Shown here in pieces: positions 51,058 to 60,000 of a DNA stretch of 60,000 nucleotides (its first letter is position 1; each line of letters starts with the position of its first letter). Both the position numbers and the translations under genes were made by a program. The stretch covers positions 3,040,001 to 3,100,000 of the forward strand of contig NW_024704743.1 of the NCBI RefSeq assembly GCF_018977255.1, written 5' to 3'. Under the pieces are notes generated by a model. It was not told the origin of the DNA. It did not search any database and saw only the letters and a program-made list of their open reading frames with translations. The DNA comes from Callorhinchus milii. Its lineage: Eukaryota.

Positions 51058-51552
51058 CTGCGGCAGACACCTGACCGGTCATAAATAAAAAGTCAGGGCT
51101 TTGAGGGCTCCGAAGTGTTGCCCCATACGAGGGGCACGCTATAAATACAAGTTGTGGTTGCCTCAAAGTAGTTGTTCTCAGAGGGAGGAGGGAAGGAGAT
51201 GAAGTGTCTGGTCCTTTTCCGTGTACTAAGGGCGCCCTCCAGAGGGCCAGACATGCAGTAGCTTTGCCTCCAACTGTGCTGCAACCAAAAAACAGAGGAG
51301 GTGGAGCTGGGAGGCGAGGAGAGGGGTGGGGATGGAGATGGGGGGGGGTCAAGGGCTTCATTTTGGACGTGATGGAGGTGAGAGAGGAGGGTGTATACGA
51401 GGTCCAAGGTGAGGAGGGAGGGATGAGTTGGAGGCCGGAGTGTGAGGGGGAGGAGGTGGGGGAGCAGCAGAGAGGGCAGAGGCAGACAGTTATTCCGTAC
51501 GTCCTTGATAAGCTCAGACAGAGCAAAGGGGATAAACGATGTGCACAATTCA

Positions 51553-51903
<351 letters not shown>

Positions 51904-52272
51904 TTATTATTATTATTTTCATAGAATTGTACAGCACATCGTGCCTGTACCAGCTCTTTCAAAAAGCCACCATCTAGTCCCACTCCTCTCTTACTCTATA
52001 GCCCTGCAAATTTTTTTTCAATGACATATCCAATTCCCTTTTGACAGTTATAATAATCCTTGCATTTGATATAGCGCCTCATCACGTCGTTGAGACGTCT
52101 CAAGGATGCACTGTAAACTGTAGTGACTGCATTTTTGTGAGTAAAACGCAGCAGCCAATTGGGCACAGCTGTGTCCCACAAACAGTCGTGGATTGAATGA
52201 CCAAATTGTTATTATTATTATTCTTTTGGGAGTTATTATTGAATCTTATTGAATGTTCAGCAGCCTTGCTCA

Positions 52273-52377
<105 letters not shown>

Positions 52378-52708
52378 TCAACAAAGGCAGGGATCAGCCA
52401 GCAGCACCACCACAACTTGCATTTATATAACAACAACAAATTACATTTACACAACACCGAAGGCGCTGGACAGTTAAGAGTCTGCACCCGAGCAGTGGGA
52501 TTAGAAGGGGTGGGAGGGCAGGGAGGGTGACCGAAGTGCAATCAAAGAGGAGGGTCTTGAGACGTCACTTGAAGGAGGCAAGGGATCTATCTGTTCTGTA
52601 ATAAGGAACCTGGCAAGAATTGGGGTGATAGGGTGCGGAGTTTGAAGGATACAGGAGAGGGGAAATCGAGGGGTGTAAGAGAGGGGAATGGAGCCTGGCA
52701 AGGAATTA

Positions 52709-53071
<363 letters not shown>

Positions 53072-53129
53072 TTAACTTTACCCCCAGAAAGCGATCCACC
53101 AATTTGACTAACAAGCCGGTTCCTACTAA

Positions 53130-53430
53130 CTGGTGGGGGAATCCAGAACAAGGGACACAGTCTTAAAATTAAGAGCCAGGCCACTGAGGAGTGAAATTCG
53201 GAGGCAGTTTTTCACCCAAAGGGTAGTGGAAATCTGGAACCCTCTCCCCCAAAAGGCTGCGGATGCTGGATCCATTCACATTGTCAAAACTGAGATGGAT
53301 AGATACGTGTTAGGTCAGGATATTAAGGGATACGGGTTGGTAATTGGATTTGAGGTACAGATCAGGCATGATCTTAGAAAATGACGGAACAGGCTCGAAG
53401 GGCTGAACGGCCTCCTCCTGTTCCTACGTT
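53130..53430 (+). mobile_element. CR1 LINE 3' fragment
   Basis: Closely similar to 40050-40340. Confidence 0.88.
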
Positions 53431-53619
53431 TCTTTGTTTCTTTGTTACTGTTGGGTAAAGAGAAGCGGGTGGAGTAAGGAAACTTGTCTAAGGTTTCTCC
53501 CTGCCCAGGTCGTCTCTCTTGCGAGCGCACTAACCACTATGTTACGGGACGAATCATGTTATAGGCAATCGCACGCAGGTTTCTATGTATAAAGTGCCGG
53601 GGCCATGCTGGTGTGGCTA

Positions 53620-53748
<129 letters not shown>

Positions 53749-54306
53749 CTACAGCCCAGAAAACACACCGTCAGTACAGACAGCAAGGAGGGACACAACA
53801 ACAAGAACATTACGTTTACACAGCGCCTTTTGCAGCTCCCCCTCATTACGTCACGCCTTACAAAGTGCTGGGCCGACAGGGATTTGGACCCAAGTTGGGA
53901 TCAGGAGGGGTGGAGGGTAGGGAGGGTAGGGAGAGGAGAGTGGCCGAATGTGCAGTCAAAGAGGAGGAACTTAAGGCGTGCTTTGAAGGAAGCAAGGGAT
54001 GTGCGAGGCGAAGGGACTGTGGGATGGAGTTCCAGAGGATAGGGGCAGAGAAGCTAACACAACAATTTGCATTTACATAGTTCCCTTCACACAGGGCAAC
54101 GTCTCGGAGCATTTAGGGATGCAGTGGAGAGAAATAAACATCGGATATAGTGCCTTATCAATGTTGTCGAGACGTCTGAAAGCGCTTCACAGGATAAATT
54201 GAGAGCAGGGCAGATTCCTGCGCTGTAAGTTTCCTGGTTCTGTCTCCAGGCTGGAGTTGACTGTTTAAAGCTTCCCCGGGTATCAATCAACAGTGGGAAC
54301 AGTTCA

Positions 54307-54429
<123 letters not shown>

Positions 54430-54824
54430 CTACAGCAGAGTCACCCAGATTAGTGCGAGACAGGAGAGAGAGAAAGACGGAGAGAGATACAGAGACAGAT
54501 AGAACGACACAGAGAGAAACGGAGAGACAGATAGAGACACAGAGACAGACACAGAGAGGGGGGAAGAGGGTAATACACTGCCGTCACACCTCCACACACG
54601 CATACCCCACCCCCCATCCCAACATACGTGCATCAATTTACAGCACCCCCCCACCCACCCAAACAAACATACACACACAGCCTTCCCGCCGCCCCATAAA
54701 TGCACATATTGATATAAACACACACTGACTTGTGCACACTTTGACAACCCTCCACACTCGCAGCCCAGGCTGTCAGCTGCCTCCCCGCCCATGACAATGA
54801 CAGACAGACGACGAGAATTCTCAC

Positions 54825-54884
54825 CTTTAGAATTTCATACATGTAGAATCGAATGTCATAGTCAGATAACGTCTGATATAATTG
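54825..54884 (-). CDS. CSNK2A1: CK2-alpha exon (QLYQTLSDYDIRFYMYEILK)
   Basis: 60 nt, AG/GT boundaries. Confidence 0.96.
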
Positions 54885-55577
54885 CTGTCAAAATGGAGAG
54901 AGTCTGATTATCCATCCGATCGCCAGGTTCGCCAATAAACCTCTCTCCCTCCCATCACCCCTCTCTACCTCCCCCATCACCCGGCCCTCTCCCCATCCCA
55001 TCACCGCTCCTCCTCATTACTCCTCTCCCCTACCATCACCCACCCCTCTCCCCCATCATTAAAGACGATTAAAGGGGGTAAATTCAGAGCAAATCTGCAG
55101 AAACACTACCTCAGTAAGCGAGTAGTAAACTTATGGAACAGGCTCCCGAGGGAGACAGGCGGTGGAAGCAGAAAATGTTGTTTGTTACAAATCGGCTAAC
55201 AAATTAGATGGATTTCTGCTAGAAAATAATATCTGGGGATACAGTATATAGTTTGAGACATGACGTGTCAAGCGACTGCCAGGATGGTGGAAAGGCAAAT
55301 GAGATGGACCTTGATTTTCTTTCGCCAGCAAATTCTTATGCTCTAATGAGGACGTCTCAAGGGGCTGGAAAGGGCAAGACAGAACAGGGCAACCCCCACA
55401 CGCACAAATAGACAGGGTGTCCACCAAGTCATGTTACCCCCATGTGAGTTTTTTTTTCCTACAGCGCACTGATCGACAACTGAAACGTGTGGCAGAACGA
55501 TGCTAATTGGGTTTAGAAGCAGTTACTGTATTCAGTACAAGTGTTTAACGGTACTTAAGATGTCCAGAGGATCGATG

Positions 55578-55686
55578 TGAGTGAGTGAGTGAGTGAGTGA
55601 GTGAGTGAGTGAGTGAGTGAGTGAGTGAGTGAGTGAGTGAGTGAGTGAGTGAGTGAGTGAGTGAGTGAGTGAGTGAGTGAGTGAGT
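55578..55686. repeat. (GAGT)n tetranucleotide microsatellite, ~27 units
   Basis: Perfect tandem GTGA. Confidence 0.98.
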
Positions 55687-55893
55687 GCTATCATTTTCAT
55701 GGCAGATAACGATCCCCTCGCCATGATCAGTGCCACTTCCGCCGTAACACAGATGGAGGGAGGAGGTGAAACACATCTCCAGCGGCATGTTTCATCTCCT
55801 CCGCAGTCTTATATCCCTGGTTTGTGTCAGGAGGGTAACGGGACTTTGTGGACACCCTGTACTCACACCCTCAGTGTTATCTGGGACCCTTAC

Positions 55894-55944
55894 CTTAAAA
55901 TCTGTATTGTTTACGTGTTCAAACACCAGCGCAGGCGTCCGAGA
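55894..55944 (-). CDS. CSNK2A1: CK2-alpha exon (SRTPALVFEHVNNTDFK)
   Basis: 51 nt, AG/GT boundaries. Confidence 0.96.
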
Positions 55945-56646
55945 CTGAGGGGCCGACCCGAGGCGTGGAGAGAAAGGAGGAGGTTTAGTGCTGTGTGCAT
56001 TTGATATAGCGCCTGATCGCCTTGTTGAGACGTCTCAAAGTATACAGAATATACTGTAAAGTGTAGTGCGCTGGAGTTTTTGTGGCCAAAACTCGGCAGC
56101 CAGTTTGCACACAGTAGTGTCCCACAAACAGTCATGGAGTGAGTGACCAATAGTTTATGGGGGGGGGAATTTATTGACAAGGACACAGGGGGAAACTTCC
56201 TTCAGGTGGATGGTAAAGATCCCACGGCACTATTAGAAAAGAGAAGGGAGTTTCTCTCTCCCGGTGTCCTTGGCTGAAATCCCCCAGATAACAAATTGGT
56301 CACTAAATGGCTGTTTGTGGGACATTGCTGTGTGCAAACTGGCTGCCATGTTTGGCCCTAGCACTTCCCCACGTCTCCGTCCTGCTTGTTCCCCAATCCA
56401 CTACCCATCGCCTCCGCTCGGCTGGCTCAGTCCCTCGTGCCCTCCGTTCCACCATTGGCGGCTGTGCTTTCAGCCACTACGCCCTGAAAGTCTGAAGCAC
56501 TCTTCCTCAAATTCCCTCCAACTTCATCCTCCACCCACCCACCACTCCCTGGCTCGGCATCTGGCTCCACCACTGTTAAGCGCCCCGAGACTCTGTCCCG
56601 CGTGAGGGGCACTACATAAATGCCAGTTGTTGTTGTTGTTACTCAC

Positions 56647-56748
56647 CACAGGATCTTTCACTATGTCGAGCAGGTTGATAATGTTGGGGCCACCGCGCAG
56701 ATTCTCTAAGATCTTTATCTCTCGTTTTATTTTCTTCTTTTTTACCGG
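56647..56748 (-). CDS. CSNK2A1: CK2-alpha exon ([34 protein letters not shown])
   Basis: 102 nt; CK2 basic cluster. Confidence 0.97.
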
Positions 56749-56879
56749 CTGTGGAAGCAAAGAGATGACATTCAGGGCCAACCCAGTGAGGAAGGGAGGG
56801 GAGGAGGGGGAGGGAGTGGCGAGATAGTAGAGGGCAAGGAGTTGGGGAAGGTAACAATCATCACTGCCGATGATAGCGC

Positions 56880-57240
56880 GGCCTGGCTCATCGGTGGGAC
56901 CTGGAAGGGCAGTCCAGTCGCTGGGGGCAGGGAATCCTCCCACTCAACTCCTGTTAACCCTGCAAACCAAAGCCCTCGTGAGTAGGGCGGTCCCAGTTGG
57001 ACAAGCAGCGGGAAAGCTTGTCAGACAGCGCTCTCAATAGCAAGCTATGTGGTTTTAGCTGGTTAGACTCCAGCAGTCACCCTGACCGCACTGTCTGGGG
57101 TGCCCAAGCTTTGGCTGTTAAGAGTGCGCATTCCATTCCAACATTCTCACTCCCAATCTCTGGGATTTCCATGTGTAGATGGGATGTATGGAATTCACAG
57201 TTTGGTTTGGACACTCATAAGCACGCTGCTGGGTTTTCGC
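56880..57240 (+). repeat. Unclassified hairpin-rich interspersed repeat (internally deleted copy)
   Basis: CCTGGCTCATCG start and GCTGGTTAGACTCCAGC hairpin; lacks the CCTAAT..ATTAGG block. Confidence 0.8.
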
Positions 57241-57305
57241 ATGTGTGGGACATCCGGCTGAGCAGACGTTTTTTAAGCAAACGAAACAAATTCTTGCCCA
57301 ACTCA

Positions 57306-57497
<192 letters not shown>

Positions 57498-58942
57498 CTA
57501 GGCAAGAGAGCAGAAATATCATAAAGTATTTATAAGGGGAAATCTCTCTGATCTCATTCTCTCTCCCTATCGTGTCTGTGCTGGTGCTCGCTCCCCCACT
57601 GGAGCTCTCTACTCTAACCCCATTGCTCAATTGCTTCATTATGAGCAATGCAAAGTAAAACTTTATATATAAAAAAATTTCATGTATTGGTTTACTTGCA
57701 CTGCACAGACACAAGTGAGAATGAGCAGCTGTGTCTGAGGGACAGAGATGCGGATAAAGGGAAGAAAGAATTTTGTGTGACAGCCTGGCGCAGTGGTAGC
57801 ACTCGCGACTCGGGAGTCAGAAGGTAGTGGGTTCAAGCCCCACATTGAGACGAACTCACACAGTCTAAGATGACACTCCAATGCAGCGCTCTGGGTGCGT
57901 TGCATTGTCAGAGGTGCCGCTCTTCGGATGAGATGTTAAACCGAGGTCCCGTCTGCCTGTTCGGGTGGGTGTAAAAGATCCCACAGAGATATTTGAAAAC
58001 AGAAGGGAGTTTCTCTCTCCTGGCCAACAATTCCCCAATTAAAATTGGTCACTCGCTCCACGACCGTTTGTGGGACCCTACTGTGCGCAACTGTCGCCTA
58101 CAAAATATACAGTCAATCCAATTTACATTATAGCATGTCTTCACGTTTTGAGACTTCTTTCCGACATGATAGAACGCTATATCGAACGCAAGGATTACTA
58201 TTATTGTATTCTTGCGCTGCCCCGGATCCCAAAAAGCCTTTCATTAATTACTGCCCACTCCAGTGACTGTTATTGAAATCACTTCAAGAGAGGCAGTCAC
58301 TTTGTTCACAGCAGAATTTCAGGATTGTTGGCCAGTCCAATGACACTGGGAGAAACTCCTCCCTTTCCAATATTGGCACGACGACGACAACAAATTCACA
58401 TTAATTTATGAAGCACCTTTCATAGGGGATGGGAGTCCCAAGGCACAGCAGGGGCCTTGATTTAACATATGTATTTACATACACACACACACACAAATAG
58501 ATTTAACAGAACAAATCTGCGGAAACACTACTTCAGTGAGCAAGTAGTAAACTGATGGGAGACAGACGGTGAAAGCAGAAAACTAGATGGACCGTGGCAA
58601 AAGGCAAAATGCTGGAAACCTGAAATAAAAGTAGAAGTCGCTGGGAACACTCAGCAGGTCAGGCAGCATCTATAGAGAAGAAAGTGAGTTAATGTTTCAG
58701 GTCGATGATCTTAGTCTGACGATGGACTTTGACGTCTTTGGCAAATTCTTATGTTCTTATGAACGGCACACCTGAAAGCGCTCTCCCCCCCCCCCCCCAA
58801 GGCTGCACGGAAGCATCAGCCTGGATTGTGAGCTCAAAGTCCCCAACTTTCTGACCCGAAGCAAGAGCCCCCACTGCACCAATGGATGGGAGAGGAGCAG
58901 TCAGTGTCTCGATAAGAGGGGAGAGAGAAAATGTTGCACTCA

Positions 58943-59047
<105 letters not shown>

Positions 59048-59794
59048 TCAGGAGAGGAGGTGAAATGGTTCAGGAGAGGAGGTGAAATGGTTCCTTCCAA
59101 TATTGCCTGGAAACAAGAAGCCAAAGGGTTGAGCTTTGTGTTAAATGGCGGCTGCAGGTCAGTCGGTGGCTCAATATCTGCTTTCATCTCCTCGGTCGGG
59201 CAGTTGGATTTAATCATAATAATAATCCGTGCATTTATATAGCAACTCATCATGTCATTGAGACGTGTCAAAGCACTTCACAGAATATACTGTAAAGTGG
59301 AATTGACTTATAACGCGATTTAAAATGTATTTTGTGGGCGCACAGCGGTGTCCCGCAAACTGTGCCGGATTGAGTGACCAAATGCAAAGATCTTTATTAT
59401 TGTTGATAAGACGGTCTCAAATGCTTCACACTGATGGCTGTGAAGTGCTTATTTGTATGTGAGTCCAGCGGTCAGTTTGCACACAGGAACGACCCACAAA
59501 AAAGCCACAAAGTGAACGACTAACTACCTGGGGATGTTAAAATTGGACCCAATTGGAAAATAGAAGCATGTCACTCTCTCCTGGTGTCCTGGCTGACAAT
59601 CCCCCAGACTCATCACATATTCACCTCACGGCTGTTTGTGAGATTTTGCTGCGTGCAAATTGGTCGTAGTGTTTTCCTACAAAAACGGTCGAAACAGTGA
59701 ACAGTAGTCGCTGCAAAGGTCCTTTGATAGGTTTCGCTGTGTAACAATTCTCTGGAGAAATATAAAAATATATAAAAAAAGAATATTGAATAGT

Positions 59795-60000
59795 GATTGA
59801 GAGGATACAGAGGAGGGCAACCAGAATGATTCAGGGGATGGAGAGACAGGACTATGAGGTGCCATTATATAAACTGGGCATGTTCACGCTACAAAAGAGA
59901 AGGTTGAGGGGCGATATGATTACGCTCTTTAAGATTCAGAAGGGACAAGATAATGTAAACCATGATAAGCTGTTTTATCTTGAACTGAACAGTAGCAGCA
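59795..60000 (+). mobile_element. CR1 LINE fragment
   Basis: LGMFTLQKRRLRGDMITLFKI-type motif. Confidence 0.75.

Noticed and set aside
51330..51540. Possible diverged CK2 penultimate exon
   Set aside because: No similarity to the CK2 tail; PTH...TLDLVYT resembles a LINE endonuclease remnant, and no suitable phase-1 donor was found
55545..55788. (THSL)n repeat protein ORFs
   Set aside because: Translation of the (GAGT)n microsatellite within a CK2-alpha intron

Overview
Vertebrate genomic DNA, most likely a cartilaginous fish (inferred from dense tRNA-headed SINEs with a Deu-type body, plus L2 and CR1 LINE fragments). All genes found lie on the minus strand. (1) A CK2-alpha kinase gene (CSNK2A1-like; 11 coding exons, 59044->50572, about 361 aa) apparently lacking the 87-nt penultimate exon of canonical CSNK2A1. 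(2) A complete RBR E3 ubiquitin ligase gene (RNF19A/dorfin-like), with a non-coding exon 1 in a CpG island near 44.7-45.2 kb and 9 coding exons at 33223->14507. Its second coding exon either uses a weak GC donor or extends in frame by 38 codons. (3) An unrecognised two-coding-exon gene (8248->6434, about 309 aa). (4) A probable 5'-UTR exon at about 3.3-3.7 kb of a gene running off the left edge. Other notable structure: two mutually inverted 20-bp minisatellites derived from a SINE head, a tandem CRE/ATF-site array in the RNF19A-like promoter, and at least 8 copies of an unclassified, hairpin-rich ~400-bp repeat. Exon boundaries were read manually from splice signals and recalled protein homology; no database searches were run, and repeat boundaries are approximate.
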